In this document: positions 47,203-57,148 of the stretch, piece by piece
How the letters are laid out: each line of letters starts with the position of its first letter
How positions within the stretch are numbered: the stretch's first letter is position 1
Origin: Candidatus Saccharimonadales bacterium
GTDB taxonomy: Bacteria > Patescibacteriota > Saccharimonadia > Saccharimonadales > EFPC-124
Assembly (NCBI GenBank): GCA_050730875.1
Contig: JBOHNX010000001.1
Location: forward strand, 230,620-294,619
Direction: 5' to 3'
DNA: 64,000 bases
Made by a program: the position numbers and the translations under genes
The notes under the pieces: model-generated
Seen by the model: only the letters and a program-made list of their open reading frames with translations
Databases searched by the model: none
What the model was told of the DNA's origin: nothing

Positions 47203-47729
47203 GCGCGAGACATAATTCGCTTTGGTTTATTGTGCTAACAGTGGCGGCTGCTTCCTCAGTTAGCTTAATTGGTGGTATTGGGCTGCAGGCGGTCGAGTAT
47301 AAATTATTGCCACTGGTACCGTTGGTCATCGCCTTGCCTGCGCTTAACACCATGGTTGGCAATTACGCGACGATTATCGCCGCTCACACTTGTGACCCGT
47401 TTGAACGCAAGCGCACTCGCAAGCAGCTCGCGACTGCTGTGAGCTGGTCGGTACTTATAAATATTGCAGGCGTTGTGGTGTTGAGCTTACTTTTAGCGGC
47501 GCGGCGCAATTTTGCAGTCGATATGTGGTTTGTGACGAAATTTGCCGTGTTTGTTGCAGTCGCCATTATAATTTCGGTCGGTTTTATGTTCCTCATTACT
47601 TATTTGCTCGATAAGGTTTTAGAGCAGCGTAAGTTAAACCCGGATGACGTCTTGATTCCGGTTGTTACTTCGATATCCGACGTCCTGATGCTTGGGTTAA
47701 TTGCGGCCGCTGCCTACTACGCTTTCTAG
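47199..47729 (+). CDS. MgtE-type divalent cation transporter membrane-domain protein (half 2)
   Basis: 176 aa polytopic; PALNTMVGNYATIIAAH motif; ATGA overlap with the preceding gene. Confidence 0.4.
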   Translation: MSARHNSLWFIVLTVAAASSVSLIGGIGLQAVEYKLLPLVPLVIALPALNTMVGNYATIIAAHTCDPFERKRTRKQLATAVSWSVLINIAGVVVLSLLLAARRNFAVDMWFVTKFAVFVAVAIIISVGFMFLITYLLDKVLEQRKLNPDDVLIPVVTSISDVLMLGLIAAAAYYAF

Positions 47730-47772
47730 ATATTGCATCATAAGCAGAATATTGCCATACTTAATAACAATT

Positions 47773-48891
47773 ATGACTGTCAAAGTGGATGTCGATACCA
47801 AAACATTTGTACGCTTTTTATTGGTAGCGAGCGTCTTTGTTGGTGTAGTTTTCCTAGCCTGGAAGCTCTGGCCGGCACTCATGATTATTGCCGTATCGTT
47901 CTTTTTGGCGTTGGCTTTAAATGCACCCGTAAGCGCTCTTAGTCGGCGTCTTCCGGGGCAGAGCCGTATTGTCGCAACCGCCCTTTCTTACCTAGTAGTG
48001 TTGAGCGTTTTAGGTGTGTTTATTTACATTGCGTTGCCGCCGATTATTGACCAAACTGGCCGGTTTATAAATTCTCTACCCGGCTATGTCGAAGAGATTA
48101 GCCAAAATCGTGGTACAGTGTCAGAATTTGTAAATCGGTATAACCTGAACGAGCAGCTCAACGAAGTTGTCCAGGGTGCGCAGGAACAAAGCGCGCGGTT
48201 CGCCCAGGGCGTGGGCAGCTCGGTCGTAACGGGTGTTACTTCTGTTTTGACTGGTTTCATAACGCTTTTAACGGTGCTGGTTTTGACGTTCCTCATGCTT
48301 GTTGAGGGCCCTCGCTGGAAAGAGCGCATGTGGCACGTATATACCGACCAAGAACGGTTAGAGCGGCATCAGCGATTAATACATAATATGTATAAAGTGG
48401 TAACTGGCTTTGTGAACGGTCAGGTGATTGTTGCAACCATTGCAGCTTCGGCCGGTATGCTGGCACTGCTTTTATTGACACAGTTCTTTACGGTACCAGT
48501 TTCAGCAGTCATACCACTGACAGGGGTCATTTTAATAACAAGCCTCATCCCGATGATCGGGGCGACGATTGGCGCTACCATTATTACTGTCGTGTTGCTG
48601 TTTAACGATGTGGGCGCAGCGCTGGTCTTTTTGATCTACTTTATTATTTACCAGCAAATCGAAAACAACCTTATTCAGCCTGTAGTGCAGTCACGTACGG
48701 TTGCGTTGAGTGCGCTCTCGGTTTTCCTCGCTGTCATTATAGGCATCACGTTGCTTGGATTGGTTGGTGGTATTGTCGCTATTCCTGTGGCTGGTTGTAC
48801 CCGTGTGCTCATCTTAGACTACATGGAGCATCGCAAAAACAAGCCGGAACCAAAGCGCGGTCTTCTAGCCAAGCTAACAAACAACACCTAG
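47773..48891 (+). CDS. AI-2E family transporter (PerM/YhhT-like)
   Basis: start taken at internal ATG; 8 TM; characteristic C-terminal conserved block ...IPMIGATIGA... Confidence 0.8.
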   Translation: MTVKVDVDTKTFVRFLLVASVFVGVVFLAWKLWPALMIIAVSFFLALALNAPVSALSRRLPGQSRIVATALSYLVVLSVLGVFIYIALPPIIDQTGRFINSLPGYVEEISQNRGTVSEFVNRYNLNEQLNEVVQGAQEQSARFAQGVGSSVVTGVTSVLTGFITLLTVLVLTFLMLVEGPRWKERMWHVYTDQERLERHQRLIHNMYKVVTGFVNGQVIVATIAASAGMLALLLLTQFFTVPVSAVIPLTGVILITSLIPMIGATIGATIITVVLLFNDVGAALVFLIYFIIYQQIENNLIQPVVQSRTVALSALSVFLAVIIGITLLGLVGGIVAIPVAGCTRVLILDYMEHRKNKPEPKRGLLAKLTNNT

Positions 48892-48892
48892 A

Positions 48893-50311
48893 CTAGATTT
48901 TTGTACGGTACCAAATTGTGCCGAGTGGTGTATCGCGTAGGCCGATCCCCTCTTTGGCGAGTTCGTCACGGATTGTGTCGGATGTTTGGAAGTCTCGGTT
49001 AGCACGGGCAACTTCACGCTTGGTGATCCGATCCTTGACGTCACTGCTAGTATCACGGCTGTCAAGGAGCTGGAGACCGAACATGCCGTCGAGATACCGC
49101 AAGAACGCTTCGAACGCTTGGTTGCTTTCAGGTGCGATGAGGTTATCTTCTGCGGCGGCAGTTAGGTCGCTCAAGGCGGCCAGCGCTTCAGGAGTGTGAA
49201 GATCGTTTCGCAGCTCTGTACGTACCACATTCTGTACTTCAGCGAAGCTGTTGTCGTCTAATTCCCCGCCCTCTTTTAGCTGGAATCGCAAGTCAGCGAA
49301 CGCTTGAAGGTTAAGGCGACGCTGCCGAGCGGCTTCCAGGCCGCCCCACGTAAAGTTGGCGGCACTGCGGTAATGGCTTTGCAGGTACAGCATCCGGAGA
49401 TCAAGCGGGTGAAAACCTTTGTCGACTACTTGATGTAGCGTAATGTCATTACCAAGGCTTTTACTGATTTTGGTGTTTTCAACATTAATAAAGTTGCTGT
49501 GTAGCCAAAACCGTGCAAATGGTTTGCCAGTTGCGCCTTCCGACTGTGCAATTTCGTTTGTGTGGTGCACAGGGATGTGGTCGATACCGCCAGCGTGAAT
49601 ATCCAGCGTTTCGCCTAAGTATTTCATGGCCATGGCTGAACATTCCAGGTGCCAGCCCGGGAAGCCTTTACCCCAGGGGCTGTCCCACTCCATATCGCGC
49701 TGTTTGTCTTTGGGCGAGAATTTCCAAAGCGCAAAGTCGGTTGGGTTATTCTTTTGCTGGTTGTATTCGACGCGGGCCCCAGCTTTAAGATCTTCGGTTT
49801 TGAGCCGCGCGAGCTTTCCGTAGTCGGTTAATTTGCTGGTGTCAAAATAAACGCCATCATCGATGACGTACGTAAAGCCCTTTTCTTCCAGTTTTTTAAT
49901 GAGGTCAATTTGTTCGGCTATGTGATCTGTTGCGCGTACAACTTGCGTGGGCTTTTGGATATTTAGCGCATTGATACTTTCCAAAAAGTCTTTGGTATAA
50001 AAATCCGCTATCTCCCAGGCGGTCTTGCCTTCGCGGCGGGCGCCTTTTTCCAATTTGTCTTCACCTTGGTCGGCATCGCCTTCGTTTTCGCCTGTAAGAT
50101 GGCCGACGTCGGTAACGTTCATAACCCAGTCAACGGCGTAGTTGTTGTCGCGAAGGACCCGTACTAACATATCCCAGCGCACGTATGCGGCCCAGTTGCC
50201 AATGTGCAAGTAGTTGTAAACGGTTGGACCACAAGTGTACAAGCTCACATCTGGTGGGTTGGTTGGTTCGAAGTGGTCGAGTTTGCGAGTGAGCGTGTTG
50301 TACAGCTGCAT
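48893..50311 (-). CDS. cysS: cysteinyl-tRNA synthetase
   Basis: 472 aa; HIGN (HIGH) and KISKS motifs; zinc-binding Cys/His. Confidence 0.95.
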   Translation of the reverse strand: MQLYNTLTRKLDHFEPTNPPDVSLYTCGPTVYNYLHIGNWAAYVRWDMLVRVLRDNNYAVDWVMNVTDVGHLTGENEGDADQGEDKLEKGARREGKTAWEIADFYTKDFLESINALNIQKPTQVVRATDHIAEQIDLIKKLEEKGFTYVIDDGVYFDTSKLTDYGKLARLKTEDLKAGARVEYNQQKNNPTDFALWKFSPKDKQRDMEWDSPWGKGFPGWHLECSAMAMKYLGETLDIHAGGIDHIPVHHTNEIAQSEGATGKPFARFWLHSNFINVENTKISKSLGNDITLHQVVDKGFHPLDLRMLYLQSHYRSAANFTWGGLEAARQRRLNLQAFADLRFQLKEGGELDDNSFAEVQNVVRTELRNDLHTPEALAALSDLTAAAEDNLIAPESNQAFEAFLRYLDGMFGLQLLDSRDTSSDVKDRITKREVARANRDFQTSDTIRDELAKEGIGLRDTPLGTIWYRTKI

Positions 50312-50313
50312 AA

Positions 50314-51315
50314 TTATGATACCTCTTTGTCGTATTCTTGCAGGGCTTTTTCGACAGCGCCAATAAGTTCGGCTTTAACACTGTTTAGATCTTCGCTGTA
50401 CAAACGGAAGCCAGCAGCAAATGGATGGCCACCACCGCCAAAGTACGCGGCTACCGTTTCGGCAATTTTGGCATCGGCATTGGCGCGGATCTTGCCGGTA
50501 ATTTTTTTGTCCGGGTAAGTTTTGAATGCGACTGCCAGGCGCACACCTTCGACCAAACGCATTTCGTCGAGCACTAACATCGACGGATTGTATTGATCGC
50601 TGTAGGTTTCGATTTCATCCCACGGCACGTGCACAACGGCGAGTGCGCCGTCTAAATAGTATTCGATGCGTTGCAATAGACGGCCTTTGTACTCCAGAAT
50701 TTCTGGCGTCTTTTTCATGAACTGGCGGCGACGATTTTCGATAACACTGAGTTTTGCCCCACCTTCTACAAGCTCGGCAACGGTGTGGATGCTTTGCGGT
50801 GTTGTGCCCTCAGTTACGAGGCCAAGCGAATCGGCAAGGATCGAGATTGCCAGATTCTCGCAGGCATCGGCCGGTACTGGCCACTGCAATTCTTTTGCCA
50901 TGCGGTAAATAAGTTCGCCGGTTGCAACGGCATTGGCATCGTTAACCATGGTGAATTCGAAAGGCAGGTCGCTTTCGGTTAGGTGGTGATCAATAACCAC
51001 AATCGGGTGAGCGATAATGCGGCTGAGGTTTCCGGGTGTCAGTGCCCGTTCGAGCAGGGTTGCACTGGCAGTATCGACAATAATACTGAGGTCGAACTTT
51101 TTGGGCAGCTCTGACTCGACTCTGTCCCAGCCTTGTGCATAGCGGAGGTATTTTGGAATTTCGACGGGGCAATAAAGTTTCACATTTTTGCCAAGGTCAC
51201 TCAAAATCGCCTCTAGCGCCAAGCTGGAGCCTAAGCTGTCACCATCTGGGTTTTCGGCTTGGATAACGACAATAGTTTGCGCTGCGTCGACCAGCTTCTT
51301 TGCTTGTTTAAACAT
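50314..51315 (-). CDS. DHH-family phosphoesterase (NrnA-like nanoRNase/pAp phosphatase)
   Basis: 333 aa; DGDSLGS, VIDHH, DHH-associated DHHA1 C-terminus (GGGH). Confidence 0.8.
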   Translation of the reverse strand: MFKQAKKLVDAAQTIVVIQAENPDGDSLGSSLALEAILSDLGKNVKLYCPVEIPKYLRYAQGWDRVESELPKKFDLSIIVDTASATLLERALTPGNLSRIIAHPIVVIDHHLTESDLPFEFTMVNDANAVATGELIYRMAKELQWPVPADACENLAISILADSLGLVTEGTTPQSIHTVAELVEGGAKLSVIENRRRQFMKKTPEILEYKGRLLQRIEYYLDGALAVVHVPWDEIETYSDQYNPSMLVLDEMRLVEGVRLAVAFKTYPDKKITGKIRANADAKIAETVAAYFGGGGHPFAAGFRLYSEDLNSVKAELIGAVEKALQEYDKEVS

Positions 51316-51415
51316 CTGTTTTATTGTACCAGCTTTATCAGAGTTTTAACTCAGCTTGGTGGCGTATACTGGTATTAGGTTCTTTTCGGCGTCAATTGAG
51401 GGGATGATTGTTTTG

Positions 51416-51574
51416 GACAAGAACCTCGAGATTTACAATCTGGCCTTTGCGTATGTAACAGGGCAGATCGCGCGTGAAGAAGCGCTCAAGCAGATCCGCC
51501 CGCTCGTGGGTGACGACGAAGACCCGGCAGAAATCTTGGGACGCTGGGTGCAAGAAGTCTCCAGAGTGGACTAG
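51416..51574 (+). CDS. possible small protein (about 52 aa, TTG start after GAGGGG)
   Basis: protein-like sequence ...YNLAFAYVTGQIAREEALKQIRPLVG; followed by a hairpin terminator. Confidence 0.3.
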   Translation, partial: DKNLEIYNLAFAYVTGQIAREEALKQIRPLVGDDEDPAEILGRWVQEVSRVD

Positions 51575-51599
51575 AAGTCTAGAAGTCGAAGAGGACAAT

Positions 51600-51630
51600 A
51601 CAGCCCCGGTATAGCTGGGGCTGTTCTCTT
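51600..51630 (+). terminator. hairpin ACAGCCCCGG-TATAG-CTGGGGCTGT followed by a T-rich tract
   Basis: perfect 10-bp stem between convergent genes. Confidence 0.4.
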
Positions 51631-52240
51631 ATCTATAGTTTTGACGGCCTTCGAGGGCGTGGCTGAGTGTAATTTGGTCGGCGTATTCCAGGTCTACGCC
51701 AACAGGGAGTCCTCGGGCCAGACGCGTTACTTTGACGTCTCTGTCCCCTATTTGCTTTTGCAGGTAGAGGGCGGTCGATTCGCCTTCGACGCTGGCGTTC
51801 ATAGCTAGGATCAATTCTTTTACTTTATCTTCGTCGATGCGAGTTAACAGTTCTGGAATGTGCAGCTGTTCGGGGCCGATGTTGTCGATTGGCGAAATGA
51901 CTCCGCCAAGCACGTGGTAGGTACCTTTAAATTGGCCAGTTCGTTCAATCGCGACGACATCTAACGGCTCTTCAACAACGGCGACGAGCGTTTTATCGCG
52001 CGCTGGGTCGGTATAGAGCGGCGAAAGCTCTTCGCCCTTTTCGATTAATGCGAAGGTTTTTGGACAGTAGCCAACTCGGTCGTGTAACCCTGCAATCGCT
52101 TCGCTGAGACGGTGCGCAATGCTTGGATTGCGGCGCAACAAATCGTAAGCATAGCGTTCGGCTGTGCGCGGCCCAACACCTGGCAATTTGCCAAGCTCGT
52201 CAATAAGATGCAACAGTGCTTTTGGTAGAATTCCAGCCAC
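51629..52240 (-). CDS. recR: recombination protein RecR (zinc-finger cysteines degenerate)
   Basis: 203 aa; HhH LPGVGPRTAER; Toprim domain; only one Cys where the C4 finger is expected. Confidence 0.85.
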   Translation of the reverse strand: MAGILPKALLHLIDELGKLPGVGPRTAERYAYDLLRRNPSIAHRLSEAIAGLHDRVGYCPKTFALIEKGEELSPLYTDPARDKTLVAVVEEPLDVVAIERTGQFKGTYHVLGGVISPIDNIGPEQLHIPELLTRIDEDKVKELILAMNASVEGESTALYLQKQIGDRDVKVTRLARGLPVGVDLEYADQITLSHALEGRQNYR

Positions 52241-52258
52241 AATAGTAACCAGTAAGAT

Positions 52259-52546
52259 TTAGAGGCCGAGGTTGCCTAGTGACCCCATAAGCGGCTTCAT
52301 TTTTTCAGCAGCGACTTGCTGCGAGCGAACAATCGCTTCTTTTACGGCAGTTTCGATCCAGCGTTCGAGCTCACCGATGTCGTCGAGGTCCACGCTTTCC
52401 GGGTCGATCTCGATCTTCTTAATCTTTTGCTCGCCGGTAATGCGCACGACAACCGCGCCATCGCCGGCTTCGACTTCGATAATTTCGTTGGCAAGTTCTT
52501 TTTGCGCCTTTTTGATTTTCATCAACATTTTGGCCTGATTTAACAT
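52259..52546 (-). CDS. ybaB: nucleoid-associated protein YbaB/EbfC
   Basis: 95 aa; typical YbaB sequence, positioned immediately upstream of recR. Confidence 0.9.
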   Translation of the reverse strand: MLNQAKMLMKIKKAQKELANEIIEVEAGDGAVVVRITGEQKIKKIEIDPESVDLDDIGELERWIETAVKEAIVRSQQVAAEKMKPLMGSLGNLGL

Positions 52547-52594
52547 GATGGTCTCCTTCTTCTACCTATTGTAACAAGTAACTAACAGATCTGA

Positions 52595-54064
52595 CTAGCG
52601 TTGGTACACTCTAAATCGCAGCGCATCTTCGGTGTGGTCGTTTACGATAAGTTCTTTTGGTGCCGATAGAACAACGGGGGCAAGTTTTTTAACCTCACTC
52701 TCGGCAACAATCCAGGTGCCTGCTCGGCCTGTGTTTGCTTGCGAAGGGGGTGTTACCTGTATATTCGGACGAGTTTCGAGTATTTGGTAGATGGGTTGTT
52801 TTTCTTCGGGTGCCACCACGGTGACTGGTTCGGTTGGTTTGGTCTCTGCGATGGTCTGCTGCGCTAAGAATGGATCTGACTGATATACCTTTGCTGCTTG
52901 CGGACTATACAGCATGTAAAAGAAGTAGCGGTCATAGTTAAAATGCAGAATGCTCGCAAGCAAAATAGCGATTGGAAGAAGCCCAAACACGCGTGCATAC
53001 GGATTGCGCGGGAACAGACGGTACCAATATCGAACCAACGAATAGAGGCCAATCGCAACAAGCAGCATAAGTGGTACAAACAGGACGGTTAGGTTATCGG
53101 GGTTAAAACCGATTATCGGGAGCAAAATCGCCAACCAAATAAGTAGCATGTAGGCGCGAACCGAATGAAAATCGGTTAGGAGCCGAATGAGTCCAATCAA
53201 TAAAATCACGGTGACGCCAAGGCTCGTCAGTGGCAACACGAGTTCTGAGGCCGGGACAATAAACGGATTGAACAGTTGGTTAAAGGCTTGCAGTAAGTCT
53301 GCACCAAATTGCAGGGGGTCTGGCAACTGGGCTGGAATGCCCAAGAGGTCGCGAATAACTGTCCAGTTGTTATACACACCCCAGCCAAGCGGTGCCAACA
53401 CTGCTACAAAAAAGAATGTACCAATAGATACGTTGGTGGCGTTGCTCTCACGTAACAAGTAGCGCAGATGTGGTTGCGAAATTGTCGCGAGCAAGGCGGC
53501 CACAAAGAAATATGCCATGAACGGCGTGTACAGCGATAAGGCAGTCGCAAACGCGAAGACAACTTTCCACCATCGCCAACCTTTGGTTTGCTGAGATACG
53601 TAGGTAGCGGTGAGCAGCAAGAGGCTAGTCCAAAAAGGGATCATTATAAACGGTGTGCCTAGGCGCCCAATGCTTAAGAACCAACCGGAAGTGACGATAA
53701 CGCCACTACTGACGATAGCTACATTTGTTGGGAACCAACGTCGCAGGAGAAGGCTCAAAAAGAGTACGGCAAGGCCGGCGAATACCAGGGATGGAAGGCG
53801 CACACCGATTGGGGTGAGCCCGAAGAATTCGACGCTGAGTTTTTGCAGGGCTTGGTATGGGAGATCGATGACATTGGTTGGCGGCTGGTTGAATTGTAGG
53901 TTTGTGGATGTCACGACGCTTTTTGCTTCGTTTTCGCTGAGTCCAGGTGGGATGTGGTTAAGATAGAGTGTCAAAAATAAGGCGGCAATGACCGTTAAGA
54001 TGGCATAACCGATTACGAACCGGTAGCGGTAAAAGGTCCAGTCGGATACAGGGCGTATGTTCAT
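52595..54064 (-). CDS. GT-C fold membrane glycosyltransferase (PMT/ArnT/GT39-like)
   Basis: start taken at internal Met (MNIRPV...); ~12 TM helices; first-loop acidic motif; typical of dolichyl/polyprenyl-phosphate-sugar dependent transferases. Confidence 0.6.
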   Translation of the reverse strand: MNIRPVSDWTFYRYRFVIGYAILTVIAALFLTLYLNHIPPGLSENEAKSVVTSTNLQFNQPPTNVIDLPYQALQKLSVEFFGLTPIGVRLPSLVFAGLAVLFLSLLLRRWFPTNVAIVSSGVIVTSGWFLSIGRLGTPFIMIPFWTSLLLLTATYVSQQTKGWRWWKVVFAFATALSLYTPFMAYFFVAALLATISQPHLRYLLRESNATNVSIGTFFFVAVLAPLGWGVYNNWTVIRDLLGIPAQLPDPLQFGADLLQAFNQLFNPFIVPASELVLPLTSLGVTVILLIGLIRLLTDFHSVRAYMLLIWLAILLPIIGFNPDNLTVLFVPLMLLVAIGLYSLVRYWYRLFPRNPYARVFGLLPIAILLASILHFNYDRYFFYMLYSPQAAKVYQSDPFLAQQTIAETKPTEPVTVVAPEEKQPIYQILETRPNIQVTPPSQANTGRAGTWIVAESEVKKLAPVVLSAPKELIVNDHTEDALRFRVYQR

Positions 54065-54179
54065 ATGCTTACTTGGTAGTAGTATACCGTATTTGGGTGA
54101 AGATTGAGCAATGGACGTGTTTCTTGGATGCTGCTTTTCGCTACAAGGAGTCTCATTGCGCGCTGGCCGCGCGGCCCCC

Positions 54180-55553
54180 TTATGCGTGCTTCTTATCAAT
54201 CGACATAAACTTAGTACGTTCTGGGTGGAAGTACAGCTCGACACTACCGGTAGGGCCGTTACGATGCTTTTTAATCATTAGGTCGGTGATGTGCTGGCGT
54301 TCGGTGTCGGGGTTGTAATAGTCTTCGCGGTACACAAACATCACGATGTCGGCGTCTTGCTCGATCGAACCCGATTCGCGGAGGTCGCTGAGCTGCGGGT
54401 GCGGCGGGTTGCGCGATTCGACGCTACGACTAAGCTGCGAAAGCGCCAAAACTGGGACGTTAAGTTCGCGGGCGATCAGCTTAAGGCCGCGTGAAATTTC
54501 AGAAATTTCTTGCACGCGGTTGTCGCCGTAGCCACGCCCACTGCCGCTCATCAGCTGCAAATAGTCGACTACAATAAGCCCTAGCGGGTGCTCGTGCGCG
54601 GCACGGCGTGCTTTGGTGCGGAGTTCGAGCACGTTTACGCCTGGGGTGTCGTCAATAAAAATTGGAGCTTCGGCCAAAACACCCATGGCGTGGCTGAGCT
54701 TTTCAAAATCCTCGTCACTCAAATTACCGGTACGGATATTCCAGGCATCTACTCCGGCTTCACCGGCGAGCATGCGGTCTACCAGCTGTTCTTTGCTCAT
54801 CTCAAGGCTAAACAACAGTATCGATTGTTTTTCGAGCACGGCAATGTTGTGCGCAAGGTTCAAGGCTAGCGCGGTTTTACCCATAGCTGGGCGAGCGGCC
54901 AGAACAATAAGATCGCTACGCTGCAAGCCGGCGGTTAGGTTGTCGAGGTCGCGGAAGCCGGTGCGGACACCACGGATTTTGGTTTTATCCTTGTGGAGTT
55001 CGTCTAGGCGGTCGAAGCTTTCTGTCAAAATTTGTTCGAGCGAGGTAAGATCCTGGCGGAGTGTTTTGTCGGATACAGCAAAAAGTTCTGCTTCGGCATT
55101 TTCGAGTAACTCGCCGGTGTTTTTATCTTCGTCAAACGCAAGCTCTGCAATGCTGCCAGAGGCAGTAATAAGCCGGCGGCGCATGGCGTTTTGGGTGATG
55201 ATCTCGGCGTAGCTTTCAGCGTGTGCAGCGGTCGGGACCTGGTTGGTCAGCTCGGTTAGATATTCGGTCTTGCCAGCTTCTTCAAGCTCGCCCTTTTTCT
55301 TGAGTTCATCAGAAAGTGTTAATAGGTCAACAGGTTTGTGGTATTCGTATAGGCGCATCATGGCGCCATAAATAAGTGCGTGGCGCTTGTCGTAGAAATC
55401 GTCTGCGGCTAGCTTGTCGCTGACGCGCGTCAGGACGTTTTCGTCAATCAAAACGGCACCAAGGATGCTTACTTCGGCATCGAGGTTTTGTGGTGGGATT
55501 TTACCTTCGGGGAGCTTTGGCTCTGGTGGTTTGCGGTTAGACTGCTTCGCCAT
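54180..55553 (-). CDS. dnaB: replicative DNA helicase DnaB
   Basis: 457 aa; N-terminal DnaB domain; Walker A ARPAMGKT; no intein. Confidence 0.95.
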   Translation of the reverse strand: MAKQSNRKPPEPKLPEGKIPPQNLDAEVSILGAVLIDENVLTRVSDKLAADDFYDKRHALIYGAMMRLYEYHKPVDLLTLSDELKKKGELEEAGKTEYLTELTNQVPTAAHAESYAEIITQNAMRRRLITASGSIAELAFDEDKNTGELLENAEAELFAVSDKTLRQDLTSLEQILTESFDRLDELHKDKTKIRGVRTGFRDLDNLTAGLQRSDLIVLAARPAMGKTALALNLAHNIAVLEKQSILLFSLEMSKEQLVDRMLAGEAGVDAWNIRTGNLSDEDFEKLSHAMGVLAEAPIFIDDTPGVNVLELRTKARRAAHEHPLGLIVVDYLQLMSGSGRGYGDNRVQEISEISRGLKLIARELNVPVLALSQLSRSVESRNPPHPQLSDLRESGSIEQDADIVMFVYREDYYNPDTERQHITDLMIKKHRNGPTGSVELYFHPERTKFMSIDKKHA

Positions 55554-56994
55554 TAATCACTTCTCCCCCACCCATTATCGCTGCAACGCTTGTGACCGCA
55601 GGGTCATCACTTATGACTGGCGGCGTAGCAGTTTTGTCGATCTCTGTCTGAATCATCAGAGTACTGCCTAGCGTAGCGTGAATGGTGCCAGCAAGCAATG
55701 CCTTTTGCTTGGCGTCGTCGAGTTTTTTGCTGTGCAGCTGGTATTTAAATTTGAGTGTCAGTTGTTGAGCGTCGGCATCGAACACTGGCTGCGCTTGCTT
55801 GAGCACACCGTAAAGCGGCGGGCTGGCTTTCTTGACGGCAGCAAGTACTTCACCCCACTGTTTTGCCGAGAGCCCATCAAAGGGTACGCCCTCGGTAGGT
55901 GCTGGTGGTTGAATCTCCTCCTTTTTAGCTGGCTCGGCCGTTTTGGCCTTTGGCGGCGTGGCTGGTTTTTGCGAGATGTTTACCACGGGCTTACTAACCT
56001 GCGTGGCGACGTGCTTTACCTCGTCATCTTTTTTGGGCGGTTTAGCTTTTGGCTGGTCGTCCATAAAAACCATAATGGTGCTGAGTAATTTAAGGCTTGG
56101 ATTGTAGGCGCGCGGCACATCAACTAACTGATCAATTAAATGGTACAGGCGTGAGTTTGTTGGCGCCTGAGCTGCCAGCGCTTGGTTGAGTTGATGAACA
56201 AGCGCGGCAATGGCGCTGCCATTTGCTTCTAATTCGGCCAAGGTTTTGGCGGCAAGGGTCTGATCGCCTTTTGTAATGGCATCGACAAGCTTTTTAAGTG
56301 CAGCTTGCGGCGCAAGGCCAAGTGTACGAGCGACGTCTTCGGCGGTAATTGTTTTACTACTCACATGCCGAAGCTGGTCGAGCAAGCTAATGCTATCGCG
56401 GAAGCTCCCTTCGCCGTGATCGGCGATGAGTAAAAGCGCGTCATCTGTGATATCGACATCCTCTTTGTCGGCAATTGCACGCAAGTGCGCGACCACTTTT
56501 TCTTTGGCGATTGGTCTAAACGAAAAGCGTTGGGTACGACTGACGATGGTTGCTGGCAGCTTGTGCGCTTCGGTTGTGGCCAGGATAAACACCACGTGCG
56601 CTGGCGGCTCCTCGAGCGTTTTTAGCAGTGCGTTAAAGCTTTCACCGGTCAGCATATGGACTTCGTCGATGATGTACACTTTGTATTTTGCGCTTACCGG
56701 AGCAATGTGTACCTTTTCGCGCAGATCACGAATGTCGTCAATGCGCCGGTTACTAGCAGCGTCGATTTCGATAATATCCAACTGTGGCGTGTCGGCGTAC
56801 GGTAATTCGTTAATTTCGTGCGCCAAAATACGCGCGATGCTGGTTTTGCCAACTCCGCGTGGTCCAGTAAATAGATACGCGTGGCTAATGCGCCCGGCTT
56901 TTAGTGCGCGTGCCAGTGTGTCGGTAATATGCTCTTGTCCGATCACCTCTTTCAGTGACCGTGAACGGTATTTTCGGTAAAGCGCTTGCCCCAT
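55537..56994 (-). CDS. dnaX: DNA polymerase III subunit gamma/tau
   Basis: start taken at MGQALYRKYRS (conserved DnaX N-terminus); GPRGVGKT Walker A; overlaps the dnaB start. Confidence 0.9.
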   Translation of the reverse strand: MGQALYRKYRSRSLKEVIGQEHITDTLARALKAGRISHAYLFTGPRGVGKTSIARILAHEINELPYADTPQLDIIEIDAASNRRIDDIRDLREKVHIAPVSAKYKVYIIDEVHMLTGESFNALLKTLEEPPAHVVFILATTEAHKLPATIVSRTQRFSFRPIAKEKVVAHLRAIADKEDVDITDDALLLIADHGEGSFRDSISLLDQLRHVSSKTITAEDVARTLGLAPQAALKKLVDAITKGDQTLAAKTLAELEANGSAIAALVHQLNQALAAQAPTNSRLYHLIDQLVDVPRAYNPSLKLLSTIMVFMDDQPKAKPPKKDDEVKHVATQVSKPVVNISQKPATPPKAKTAEPAKKEEIQPPAPTEGVPFDGLSAKQWGEVLAAVKKASPPLYGVLKQAQPVFDADAQQLTLKFKYQLHSKKLDDAKQKALLAGTIHATLGSTLMIQTEIDKTATPPVISDDPAVTSVAAIMGGGEVINGEAV

Positions 56995-57104
56995 GGTTTT
57001 TATGTGTTGCAACGCCAAAAATTCGTGCGCTGCTTCTCCCCTCCATATTAAATTAAGCTTACCACGCCTGGGCTATTGGCAGCTAGCAAATAACCGGTAT
57101 TGTT

Positions 57105-57138
57105 GCATAAAAAACAGGACTCTGCTGAGTCCTGTTTT
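57105..57138 (-). terminator. intrinsic terminator hairpin ACAGGACTC-TGCTG-AGTCCTGT with flanking T/A tracts
   Basis: just downstream of minus-strand gene 57149..57658 and upstream of the dnaX promoter region. Confidence 0.5.
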
Positions 57139-57148
57139 ACGTTTTAGG

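Noticed and set aside
56995-57103. Possible SRP (4.5S/ffs) RNA upstream of dnaX, a commonly conserved linkage; minus strand has GGAGGGGAGAAGCAGC resembling the domain IV box
   Set aside because: The conserved GGUCCGGAAGGAAGCAGCCAAGG core and the flanking helix are not present; the similarity is limited to about 10 nt. Left for cmscan.
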